Position numbers and translations under genes: made by a program
Shown here: in pieces, positions 39,097-48,209 of the stretch
Position numbering within the stretch: position 1 is the first letter of the stretch
How the letters are laid out: each line of letters opens with the position of its first letter
Notes under the pieces: generated by a model
What the model was told of the DNA's origin: nothing
What the model saw: only the letters and a program-made list of their open reading frames with translations
The model's database searches: none
From: Lachnospiraceae bacterium
GTDB lineage: Bacteria; Bacillota; Clostridia; Lachnospirales; Lachnospiraceae
Direction: 5' to 3'
Assembly: GCA_022510745.1 (NCBI GenBank)
Contig: JAFLSY010000005.1
Span: forward strand, 153,427-217,426
DNA: 64,000 bases

Positions 39097-40845
39097 ATGG
39101 AATGGAAAAAGAATGACCGGGTGACGGTGGAGATTACGGATATCGGTATCGAGGGAGAAGGCATCGGCAAACTGGAGGGATTTACTCTCTTTATTAAAGA
39201 TGCCATAATCGGTGATCTTGTCGAAGCCAAAATCATGAAAAGTAAAAAGAATTATGCCTATGCAAAATTAGAGAAGGTGGTAACGCCTTCTCCTTTTCGT
39301 GTGCTGCCCCGCTGTGAGAGTCATAGGCAATGCGGCGGCTGTCAGCTTCAGGCGCTGGATTATCACAAACAGCTGGATTTTAAGCAGGACAAGGTTAAGA
39401 ATCATCTGCTGCGCATCGGCGGTTTTTCGGAAGCGGAAATTGACAGGGTCAAGGAGCCCATTGTAGGCATGGAGGAACCCTTTCACTATCGCAATAAGGC
39501 CCAATATCCTGTAGGGCGGGATAAGAAGGGAAATCCCATAGCCGGGTTTTATGCGGGCAGAACCCACTCTATCATTGCGAATACGGAATGCTTTTTGGGC
39601 AGAAAAGAAAATAAGGAAATTCTGGATACGATTCTTGACTATATGCGGGAATTTAAAGTTGCGCCCTATGAAGAAGAAAGTGGTAAGGGTCTCATCCGCC
39701 ATATCCTGATTCGTACTGGCTTTGCCAGCGGGGAAATCATGGTGTGCCTGGTACTGAATTATCGGGGCAAAAAGGGTACAGCGCAGTATCTACCGCATCA
39801 GCAGATTTTGCTTGAGAGATTGTCCAAAATACAAAATATGACAAGTGTGTCGATAAATATAAATGATGAAAATACTAATGTGATTTTGGGAAAAGAGACA
39901 TATACCATCTGGGGCAGCGATACCATTCGGGACAGTATCCGGGTTCGGGACATGGAAAAGCCGGATATGGATTTTACGGGAGAAAAGCTGGAGTTTGCCA
40001 TCTCTCCTCTGTCCTTTTATCAGGTCAATCCCATCCAGACGGAGAAGCTCTACAGTCTGGCCTTGCAGTATGCGGGGCTGACCGGTAAAGAGACCGTTTG
40101 GGATCTGTACTGCGGTATCGGTACCATTTCACTTTTCATGGCAACCAAAGCTAAGCAGGTTTACGGTGTAGAAATCATTCCCCAGGCCATAGAGGACGCC
40201 AGAGCCAACGCCGCCCGCAACGGTATTTCCAATGCCGAGTTTTTTGTAGGAAAAGCGGAAGAGGTACTGCCTGCATTTTATGAGCGCCAAAGCGCCCTTC
40301 AGGAGCAGTCGGGCACAGATGCCGCCATGCTGCATCCGGATGTTATTGTGGTGGATCCTCCCCGCAAGGGCTGCGATGAGAAATGCCTTTCCACCATGTT
40401 AAAAATGGCTCCGTCCCGCATTGTCTATGTGAGCTGTGACTCCGCTACTTTAGCAAGGGATTTGAGAATACTTTGTGATGGTGGGTATGAGTTAAAGAAG
40501 GTTAGACCGGTGGATCAGTTCGGGCATACGGTACATGTGGAGACGGTATGCTTATTGTCCAAACTCAATGTCGAGCATCATATTGAGGTGGAAATCAATT
40601 TGGATGAGATGGATTTGACGGCTGCAGAAAGTAAGGCTACATATGAGGAAATCAAGGCATATGTGAAAGAAAAGACGGGTCTACAGGTCAGCAATCTCTA
40701 TATTGCTCAGGTAAAGCGGAAGTTTGGGATTATTGAAAGAGTGAATTATAATCTGCCGAAGTCTGAAGATTCCAGACAACCTAAGTGTCCGCCGGAGAAA
40801 GAAGAGGCTATTAAGGCAGCGCTTAAGTATTTTAAAATGATTTGA
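39097..40845 (+). CDS. rlmD: 23S rRNA (uracil-C5)-methyltransferase RlmD/RumA with element-derived C-terminal tail
   Basis: TRAM domain, Fe-S cysteines (CESHRQCGGCQLQ), SAM motif DLYCGIGT and VVDPPRKG. After HVETVCLLSK (about 40560) the ORF continues about 95 codons into AT-rich element DNA. Confidence 0.9.
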   Translation: MEWKKNDRVTVEITDIGIEGEGIGKLEGFTLFIKDAIIGDLVEAKIMKSKKNYAYAKLEKVVTPSPFRVLPRCESHRQCGGCQLQALDYHKQLDFKQDKVKNHLLRIGGFSEAEIDRVKEPIVGMEEPFHYRNKAQYPVGRDKKGNPIAGFYAGRTHSIIANTECFLGRKENKEILDTILDYMREFKVAPYEEESGKGLIRHILIRTGFASGEIMVCLVLNYRGKKGTAQYLPHQQILLERLSKIQNMTSVSININDENTNVILGKETYTIWGSDTIRDSIRVRDMEKPDMDFTGEKLEFAISPLSFYQVNPIQTEKLYSLALQYAGLTGKETVWDLYCGIGTISLFMATKAKQVYGVEIIPQAIEDARANAARNGISNAEFFVGKAEEVLPAFYERQSALQEQSGTDAAMLHPDVIVVDPPRKGCDEKCLSTMLKMAPSRIVYVSCDSATLARDLRILCDGGYELKKVRPVDQFGHTVHVETVCLLSKLNVEHHIEVEINLDEMDLTAAESKATYEEIKAYVKEKTGLQVSNLYIAQVKRKFGIIERVNYNLPKSEDSRQPKCPPEKEEAIKAALKYFKMI

Positions 40846-41032
40846 AGCATTTAATTGTACATTGATCTGGTAATCTATAGATAGTAGTGCTGGAGGTTAA
40901 AATGAGTGGCAATGGTTTGAGCAAGAGGCCAGTTCTGTTTGGAAAAATGCTGACAACTTCTTTTAGAAAAAATGCGGTGGGATTCTTATGGTAAGTATCT
41001 TGTAATATTAAATATATACCTTTGTAGCACAG

Positions 41033-41078
41033 CTTAACGGTTATGGATGTAATTTTGTCCATAACCGTTAAGTTTTTT
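41033..41078 (+). terminator. strong intrinsic terminator downstream of the rlmD tail
   Basis: CTTAACGGTTATGGA-10 nt-TCCATAACCGTTAAG, a 15 bp perfect stem followed by TTTTTT. Confidence 0.8.
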
Positions 41079-41210
41079 GTACGCTCAAAAATTAAGCGAA
41101 AAAAATAAGCAGCAATGCACAAAATAGATAAAAATGCGCAAAAATCAATAAAAAGTAAAACGCTGCGTCAGTATAAGTGAAAAATGAAAACAAAAATATG
41201 CGGAGCGGAA

Positions 41211-41239
41211 TTGACAACATTGAGTAATTGTGATATATT
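41211..41239 (+). promoter_or_regulatory. sigma-70-type promoter for the DUF262/MmeI-like/HEPN-like operon
   Basis: TTGACA (41211-41216), a 17 nt spacer ending in TGA (extended -10 TG), then TATATT (41234-41239). It lies 44 nt upstream of ATG 41283. Confidence 0.55.
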
Positions 41240-41282
41240 GATACACATAAAATCTGTACCGCATAATGAAAGGAGATATATC

Positions 41283-42443
41283 ATGAAAATAAGTAAAGCG
41301 TTAATGCAGGCTGCATCATTCAATCCAACAGAAAAATCTCATAAGATGACAGTTTTAGATATGTGTAAAAAAATTGAAAAGAAAGAAATTAGTTTACCAC
41401 TATATCAGAGAGATGTAAGTTGGACCAAGAGACAAGCGATTGAATTATTAAATTATCAGTTGTTAGGAAAAGCTCCGGTGGCGCCTATTTCTATGAACAT
41501 AATTCTTGATACGGATGATTATGTACCGCAAGTGTCATTCGATGACAGAGAAATGATAGATGAAGCGAAGATTGAAAAAGGGCAAATGTCAGTTGTAGAT
41601 GGACAGCAAAGATTGACAACAAACTATAAAGCATACTCTAACAGTGATGATTTTAGAAATATTGTGTTAGATGTTGCTAGAGGAAGGTTCCTTTTAGAAG
41701 ATGGAGCTTTTACAAAATCACAGATACCTGTAGGAATATTACTTAACAAAGAAGATGGTGTATTTTATGAATACTTAACAAGAAATAACATGATGAAAGA
41801 TCCTAGCTTTATGACAATATTGGTTCAGTGTAGATCCAAAATCCGTAGTTATTATTACACAATCAATCAGGCTGAGAATCTTACTGAAGATGAACAAATA
41901 GAATGGTTTGAAGTATTAAATAATGCAGGAAGCCGAGTGAGTGCACTTCAAATGAGATTTTCAAAGATGAAGGTTCATGGAATTGATATCTATACAATGT
42001 ATACATTAAAATTTAAAAATAGATTGCTTGAAGATGGATATGATTTCTTTTCGCCACAAAAGACAAGTGTATCATATCCGATTGCAGCACTAAATCCAGC
42101 GTATGAAATAATTATGAATAAGGCCCACACAGATGCATATGCTCCAATACCGTCTGACACAAAGGAAAATCAACTGTGTGCATTGGATTCGGCAATTCTA
42201 AAGCAGTGTTTTGCTAAAACACTTGAGGCACTTGATAAAGCTGTGACATTTATTCAGGAACAAGATGTTCATGAACCAGACAGAATTGATTATATTAATT
42301 ATATTACAGGCTATTTTGTATATAAACCAAATCCATCAGATGAAGAAATTGAGAAGCTGGTAGATTGGTATAACAAGGTGGATTTTAATAATAAGAGCAA
42401 TTCAAGAAGACGTACAATTTTTACACAACTTCTGAATATATAG
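41283..42443 (+). CDS. DUF262 (ParB/Srx-like NTPase) domain protein, no DUF1524/HNH half
   Basis: LPLYQRDVSW and VVDGQQRLTT motifs. Start at ATG 41283 after AGGAGA rather than 41184. No His-Me finger is seen in the C-terminal half. Confidence 0.8.
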   Translation: MKISKALMQAASFNPTEKSHKMTVLDMCKKIEKKEISLPLYQRDVSWTKRQAIELLNYQLLGKAPVAPISMNIILDTDDYVPQVSFDDREMIDEAKIEKGQMSVVDGQQRLTTNYKAYSNSDDFRNIVLDVARGRFLLEDGAFTKSQIPVGILLNKEDGVFYEYLTRNNMMKDPSFMTILVQCRSKIRSYYYTINQAENLTEDEQIEWFEVLNNAGSRVSALQMRFSKMKVHGIDIYTMYTLKFKNRLLEDGYDFFSPQKTSVSYPIAALNPAYEIIMNKAHTDAYAPIPSDTKENQLCALDSAILKQCFAKTLEALDKAVTFIQEQDVHEPDRIDYINYITGYFVYKPNPSDEEIEKLVDWYNKVDFNNKSNSRRRTIFTQLLNI

Positions 42444-42455
42444 GGAGATGATATC

Positions 42456-45242
42456 ATGACTGAAGCAGAACAGAGAGCGGCAGCTACAAAATTCTATAAT
42501 GATTGGCATGGTGTTGGCGATGAGAAAAGTGATTGCCAACGATTCTGGATTGAATTTTGTGGTAATGTACTGGGAATTGAGAATGTAACGCAGAAGTTGG
42601 TTTTCGAAAAGAGAGTAATCATAGATGAGCAAACCAAGTTTATTGATGTTTACATACCGGAAACCAGAGTATTGATTGAGCAAAAGAGCATTAATAAAGA
42701 TTTAAATAAAAAGGCACAGCAGTCAGACGGTTCTTTGCGTACACCTTTTGAGCAGGGACGAAACTATGCACAGTGGATGATACCTGACGAAACACCATTA
42801 TGGATAATTGCTTGCAATTTTAGGTCATTTGAAATACATGATATGAACAGGCCGAATGAAGCGCCTGTTGTTATTACATTAGAGGAAGTAAGACATAAGC
42901 TGCCTCTGTTTGATTTTATGTTTAAAAAAGAGGTCAAAGAGTTATCTCATGAAATGGAAATATCCGTAGAAGCGGGTAAAATCGTGGGAATATTGTATGA
43001 CAAGTTGCTAGAGCAGTATAAAGATCCGGATGAAAACTCATTTAAAAGCCTGAATGCACTTTGCGTAAGGCTTGTATTTTGTCTATATGCTGAAGATGCA
43101 GGCATTTTTGGTTCGCATATGATGTTCCATGACTATCTCAAAGATATACCTGTGAATGGCTTTCGGAAGGCGTTGTTGGAGCTATTTAAGATACTCGATA
43201 CCAAAACAGAAGATAGAGACAAATATTTAGCCGAAGATAATCCTAAACTGGCTGCATTTCCTTATGTGAATGGCGGCTTGTTTGCTGACGAAGATATTGA
43301 GATACCACCTTTTACTGAGGAAATCAAGGAATTGCTACTCTCAAAGGCTAGCGCAGATTTTGATTGGTCTGATATTAGTCCTACTATTTTTGGTGCAGTT
43401 TTTGAAAGTACACTAAATCCGGAAACAAGAAGAAGTGGTGGTATGCACTACACTTCGATTGAGAATATTCACAAAGTGATTGATCCGCTGTTTATGGATG
43501 CGTTGAAATCCGAGCTAAATGAAATTAGGCAGATTTCAGTAGTGCGTACTAAGAAATCTAAGTTAAGCGCATTTCAGAGTAAGCTTGCACAATTAAAGTT
43601 TCTTGATCCGGCGTGCGGTTCCGGAAATTTCCTTACAGAAACATATATTTCTTTACGGAGGCTAGAAAATGATATTCTAATTGAATTACAAAACGGACAG
43701 ATCGTATTAGGAGAAGCCATTGATCCGATTCAGGTATCTATTAGTCAATTTTATGGAATTGAGATAAATGATTTTGCTGTTACAGTTGCCAAAACTGCTC
43801 TTTGGATAGCAGAAAGCCAGATGATGAAGGAAACAGAGGACATAGTGCATATGAACCTTGATTTTCTTCCTTTGAAATCATATGCAAATATCCAAGAAGG
43901 AAATGCATTACAGCTAGATTGGGAAAGTATAGTAGCTAAAAATGAACTGAACTATATTATGGGAAATCCTCCCTTTATTGGGGCTAGATTGATGACGGTA
44001 TCACAGAAAGATGATATGCAAATTGTCTTTGGTAAGTTAAAAGGATTGGGCAATTTAGATTATGTGTCGGCATGGTATAAGAAAGCAACAGAGCTTATAG
44101 AAGGCACATCTATTAGTGTTGCCTTTGTGTCAACTAATTCTATTACACAAGGAGAACAGGTGGCAATCTTATGGGAACAGTTATTTGAAAAAGGAATACA
44201 TATAGATTTTGCGTATCGGACTTTTAAGTGGGAGAGTGAAGCAAAAGACAAAGCCGCTGTACATTGTGTGATTGTAGGATTTAGCGGTAAAATATCTACA
44301 GGTAAAAGAAAACTGTTTTATGGGGATAGTATTGTCCATGAAGTGGATAATATCAATGCTTATTTATACGATGCACCCAATGTATTTATTGTAAATCGAA
44401 AAAAGCCTCTACAAGATGTGCCTCAAATGGATTTTGGAAGTATGCCTAATGATGGTGGTTTTTTGTGTGATTATAGCGAAGAAGAAAAAAGTGTAGTTGT
44501 AGAAAAGTATCCTTTGGCAGAAAAAATGTTTAAACGCTTTGTGGGAGCAACAGAATTTTTACATAACAAAAGTAGGTGGTGTTTATGGTTAAAGGGGATT
44601 AGTCCCTCAGATATAAAAGCAATTCCTCCAATCTGGGAGGCAGTTCAAAAAGTTCAAGAAATGAGAAGTGGGAGCAATAGGGAAGCGACTAGGAAATTGG
44701 CGGCAACACCGTCTTTATTTGGCGAAATTAGACAGCCGGATAAAGATTATTTGATTGTCCCTCGACATTCATCTGAGAATAGGCGATATATTCCAATCGG
44801 ATATGCTGACAAAGATATTATATGTGGGGATGCTAATATGCTTATTCCTGATGCAGATTTGTTTTCGTTTGGTGTTTTAATGTCAAATGTTCATATGGCA
44901 TGGGTGAGAGCTATATGTGGAAGAATTAAAAGTGATTATAGATATTCCTCTGCTGTTGTATATAATAATTATCCGTGGTGCAACCCAACGGAAGAGGAGA
45001 AAGCTAAAATAGAAGCAACAGCACAGGGCATTTTAGACGCAAGAGCGCTTTATCCTGATAGTTCATTAGCAGATCTCTATGATGAAATACTTATGCCGCC
45101 AGAATTGCGAAAAGCCCATTTGAAGAATGACAAAGCAGTTATGCAGGCATATGGTTTTTCGATAAGGGACACTACTGAAGAAAAATGTGTAGCAGAACTT
45201 ATGAAAATGTATCAGGATATTATTGAAAACATTGAGGAGTAA
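42456..45242 (+). CDS. MmeI-family type IIL restriction-modification enzyme (fused endonuclease-N6A methyltransferase-TRD)
   Basis: 928 aa. The N-terminal PD-ExK-like FIDVYIPETRVLIEQKS follows an FWIEFCGNVLGI region as in MmeI. SAM motif FLDPACGSGNF and catalytic IMGNPPFIG are present. Confidence 0.85.
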   Translation: MTEAEQRAAATKFYNDWHGVGDEKSDCQRFWIEFCGNVLGIENVTQKLVFEKRVIIDEQTKFIDVYIPETRVLIEQKSINKDLNKKAQQSDGSLRTPFEQGRNYAQWMIPDETPLWIIACNFRSFEIHDMNRPNEAPVVITLEEVRHKLPLFDFMFKKEVKELSHEMEISVEAGKIVGILYDKLLEQYKDPDENSFKSLNALCVRLVFCLYAEDAGIFGSHMMFHDYLKDIPVNGFRKALLELFKILDTKTEDRDKYLAEDNPKLAAFPYVNGGLFADEDIEIPPFTEEIKELLLSKASADFDWSDISPTIFGAVFESTLNPETRRSGGMHYTSIENIHKVIDPLFMDALKSELNEIRQISVVRTKKSKLSAFQSKLAQLKFLDPACGSGNFLTETYISLRRLENDILIELQNGQIVLGEAIDPIQVSISQFYGIEINDFAVTVAKTALWIAESQMMKETEDIVHMNLDFLPLKSYANIQEGNALQLDWESIVAKNELNYIMGNPPFIGARLMTVSQKDDMQIVFGKLKGLGNLDYVSAWYKKATELIEGTSISVAFVSTNSITQGEQVAILWEQLFEKGIHIDFAYRTFKWESEAKDKAAVHCVIVGFSGKISTGKRKLFYGDSIVHEVDNINAYLYDAPNVFIVNRKKPLQDVPQMDFGSMPNDGGFLCDYSEEEKSVVVEKYPLAEKMFKRFVGATEFLHNKSRWCLWLKGISPSDIKAIPPIWEAVQKVQEMRSGSNREATRKLAATPSLFGEIRQPDKDYLIVPRHSSENRRYIPIGYADKDIICGDANMLIPDADLFSFGVLMSNVHMAWVRAICGRIKSDYRYSSAVVYNNYPWCNPTEEEKAKIEATAQGILDARALYPDSSLADLYDEILMPPELRKAHLKNDKAVMQAYGFSIRDTTEEKCVAELMKMYQDIIENIEE

Positions 45243-45245
45243 ATT

Positions 45246-46184
45246 ATGGAGCAAGAAATAAAATGTAAAACTTTATCTGCCATATTTCAAAGTGATAAAT
45301 TATTTTTAAAAGGCCCTCACAATATAGAGTTTGATACAGACGGGGAGCATCCCCTTCACATTAAAGTAGAACAGTGTGGAATGAGGGAAATCACATTGAC
45401 CTCAGATGAAGAGATTTCTGTATTTGATTTGAATGCAGTACTTACCCGTGTCGAGAGATTATTGATGATATTTGATGGTATATTTATTCCTTTGTCACAA
45501 ATGCAATTTTCGAAATCTGATATTAGTAACGAAAATGTATTAAGGGTAGCCGCAGAAAACCTCATGAAACAAAGATTATCTTACTTTTCATCAGCTAATT
45601 TTTGTACATATGATGTAGACAAACTGCTTGAATTTGATTCTATTCTTACACCTGAGTTATTTAACAAGTGGGAAAAATTACTCGAAGAATTAGATGTGGC
45701 TCATCAAGTCTATTTATATTCATTAAGTAACAGTGGTATAACAGTAGATGTTAAATGTGCATTTATGATTGAGTTGTCAGAGCCTCTTGTTGAGATCGTT
45801 AAAGAGCACACTAATTTATTTGCCTCGTTAAAACCAGGAACTCGTACTACATCTCTTAAAGATTGTTTGGATGCGTTAATTACAAAATATGGTGTGGATA
45901 TTTTTAAAAGAGAATTGTCGGATAATTACGAACAATTTTTGTTAGCGATGGTAAATAGTCGCGTTCGTATTATGCATATTAAACGTGAGCAAAAGGGAAT
46001 ATATCTTAATGGAGCCGAATCTATTTTATATGCTTTAAAAATGAGCTTGTTATATCGTCGTATATTATTTGAACTGTTGAATATTGAAGAAAGTTATTAC
46101 AAAGAAGCATTAGAGAAAGCTGTTTCAAACATAAATGGATGGAATGATATTTTAGCGCATTTTTTAAAGAAATTGCCGGAATAA
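45246..46184 (+). CDS. uncharacterised protein with C-terminal HEPN-like Rx4H motif
   Basis: 312 aa. The ATG lies 3 nt after the MmeI-like stop and its GAGGAG RBS lies inside the upstream gene. A helical C-terminal half carries NSRVRIMH (R-x4-H). The family call is tentative. Confidence 0.6.
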   Translation: MEQEIKCKTLSAIFQSDKLFLKGPHNIEFDTDGEHPLHIKVEQCGMREITLTSDEEISVFDLNAVLTRVERLLMIFDGIFIPLSQMQFSKSDISNENVLRVAAENLMKQRLSYFSSANFCTYDVDKLLEFDSILTPELFNKWEKLLEELDVAHQVYLYSLSNSGITVDVKCAFMIELSEPLVEIVKEHTNLFASLKPGTRTTSLKDCLDALITKYGVDIFKRELSDNYEQFLLAMVNSRVRIMHIKREQKGIYLNGAESILYALKMSLLYRRILFELLNIEESYYKEALEKAVSNINGWNDILAHFLKKLPE

Positions 46185-46285
46185 TTAAATATGATAATAT
46201 GCCTTATGAAATTTGTATTAAGGTAGAATTGTAACATAAAACCAAATGTACAAAAGTTTAATATAAGTACAAGGAGAAAAATTTA

Positions 46286-48085
46286 ATGATAGAAAAAATC
46301 GAAATACAATATTTTAGATCTATTTATAGAGCAACTATTTCTAATATTAGTGATATAAATATATTTTCGGGAAAGAATGATGCAGGAAAATCAAATGTAT
46401 TGAAAGCGCTTAATTTATTTTTTAATAATTATGTTGTATTTGAGGGAGATTATGCTTTTAAAGAAAATTATAATTTACAGCGTCTAGATGAGGTGCGTAG
46501 AGAAACAGTAAAGGGTAAGCAGTTTATACAGATAAAGATTACTTTTAAACGTGGGCAACAATATGAAAAAACACTGCCGGATAGTTTTACAATATCAAAA
46601 AAATGGAACAGAGAAGATGAAACCCCACAGATAACGGATAATATAGAAATACAGTTAAAAAAACAGGGGAGAACTTATAATGCAAGGAGTAGGGCATCAC
46701 TTACTAGATTTCTGAATAATGTAAAATACATATATATTCCTGCAATCAAAGATCAAAGATTGTTTGGTGAAATGCTAGAGAAATTACAGAATATTGTATA
46801 CTCAAAGAAATTATCAGGAAACGAACAACTTACTTCATCATTATCAACACTTTTTGAAAATGTAGTTATAGCGACTAAAGAATTAAGTGATGAATTCAGA
46901 GAGGCAACAAGTGTTGATTCAATGATAGCCACTCCGACAGAGGTAGACGAATTATATAAAACCTTGCGTATAATTACAACAATGGCAGACAGCACTGTTT
47001 CATTAGAGAACAGAGGTGATGGAATTAGAGTTAGATATATTCCAAGTATTCTTAATTATATAGCTCAAAATGCGAGTGAAAATTATATTTGGGGATTTGA
47101 AGAGCCTGAAAATTCTTTAGAATTTAATATGGCAAGAGAAATGGCAGAAGATTTTTATCAAACATATGCTAAAAATAGTTTAATAATGTTAACAACACAT
47201 TCCCCAGCATTTATTGATTTGGGATATAGAGATAAGGGTAAGGGATATAGATGTTATAAATCATTATATGAGACCAAAATAGTTGATTTTGAGCACGCAG
47301 AGCATCTTCCATCTTTGGCAGAGGAACTGGGTTATATACAAATTTTACGACGCCAATATGACGAGTATAAAAGTATTGTAGAAGAAAATAAAAAAATGAA
47401 AGATAAAATTGAAGATTTAGAAACAGAATTGCTAATTTCGCAAAAACCGGTTTTATTAACAGAAGGAAAGACAGATGCAAAAATTTTAACAGTTGCATGG
47501 GAAAAATTATATGATTATGAATGCCCATTTGATATTAAAAGTTGTAACTTACTTGATGATCAAGAAGAAAATGCAATCGCAGGTGCGGGAATTCTAAAAA
47601 ATACACTTTGCGCATGGAGATTTGATTCTGTTAAAACTATAATAGGCTTATTTGATAACGATACAACAGGATTGAAAGAATTCGGATTAGATGGAAATTA
47701 TCATGCAGTTACAGGAAAACCATGGAAAATTCACACTAATAAAAAAGGTTATGCTTTTGTTATTCCGGCAAATACTGAGATGCTTAAAGAGATAGCAAGG
47801 GCAGGGAAGCTTTCAATTGAGTTTTTATTCGGGTATGATAGTTTATGTAAAGAAGTGAATGGAAAAAAACTTGAATTTGAACCTATGATAACAACAGTAT
47901 TGGTAAACGGTACAAAAGTAGATTTAGAAGTGACTGATAATATTGAATGGTATTATAATAAAATAAAAGATAATTCTAAAGTTGATTTTGCATATACCGT
48001 CGTCCCAACTTTAGAGAAAGAAGAGTTTGAAAATTTTCGAGATATTTTTTCTATTGTACTTGAGATATTAGAAAGTATAAATTGA
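46286..48085 (+). CDS. ABC-type ATPase fused to Toprim nuclease domain (OLD-family / fused PARIS AriA-AriB-like)
   Basis: Walker A GKNDAGKSN, Walker B-like FEEPENSLE, H-loop LTTHSPAF and a coiled-coil linker. Toprim-like LLTEGKTDAKIL (Glu) and LFDNDTTG (DxD) follow. Confidence 0.75.
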   Translation: MIEKIEIQYFRSIYRATISNISDINIFSGKNDAGKSNVLKALNLFFNNYVVFEGDYAFKENYNLQRLDEVRRETVKGKQFIQIKITFKRGQQYEKTLPDSFTISKKWNREDETPQITDNIEIQLKKQGRTYNARSRASLTRFLNNVKYIYIPAIKDQRLFGEMLEKLQNIVYSKKLSGNEQLTSSLSTLFENVVIATKELSDEFREATSVDSMIATPTEVDELYKTLRIITTMADSTVSLENRGDGIRVRYIPSILNYIAQNASENYIWGFEEPENSLEFNMAREMAEDFYQTYAKNSLIMLTTHSPAFIDLGYRDKGKGYRCYKSLYETKIVDFEHAEHLPSLAEELGYIQILRRQYDEYKSIVEENKKMKDKIEDLETELLISQKPVLLTEGKTDAKILTVAWEKLYDYECPFDIKSCNLLDDQEENAIAGAGILKNTLCAWRFDSVKTIIGLFDNDTTGLKEFGLDGNYHAVTGKPWKIHTNKKGYAFVIPANTEMLKEIARAGKLSIEFLFGYDSLCKEVNGKKLEFEPMITTVLVNGTKVDLEVTDNIEWYYNKIKDNSKVDFAYTVVPTLEKEEFENFRDIFSIVLEILESIN

Positions 48086-48116
48086 AAAAAATGAATTATT
48101 GATTTAATAAGATATG

Positions 48117-48161
48117 GTGTATCGTGGTAAAGATTAAAGCTTTGCTGCGATACACTTTTTT
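48117..48161 (+). terminator. intrinsic terminator after the ATPase-Toprim gene
   Basis: GTGTATCG...CGATACAC stem followed by TTTTTT. A homologous terminator precedes module copy 2. Confidence 0.6.
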
Positions 48162-48209
48162 ATTAAAATGATATGGTTCATCTTGGATAATCATTGTTTT
48201 TTAAATCTC

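Noticed and set aside
40832-41122. 96 aa minus-strand ORF in the element left end
   Set aside because: It spans the strong plus-strand terminator hairpin, has no RBS, and its sequence is not protein-like.
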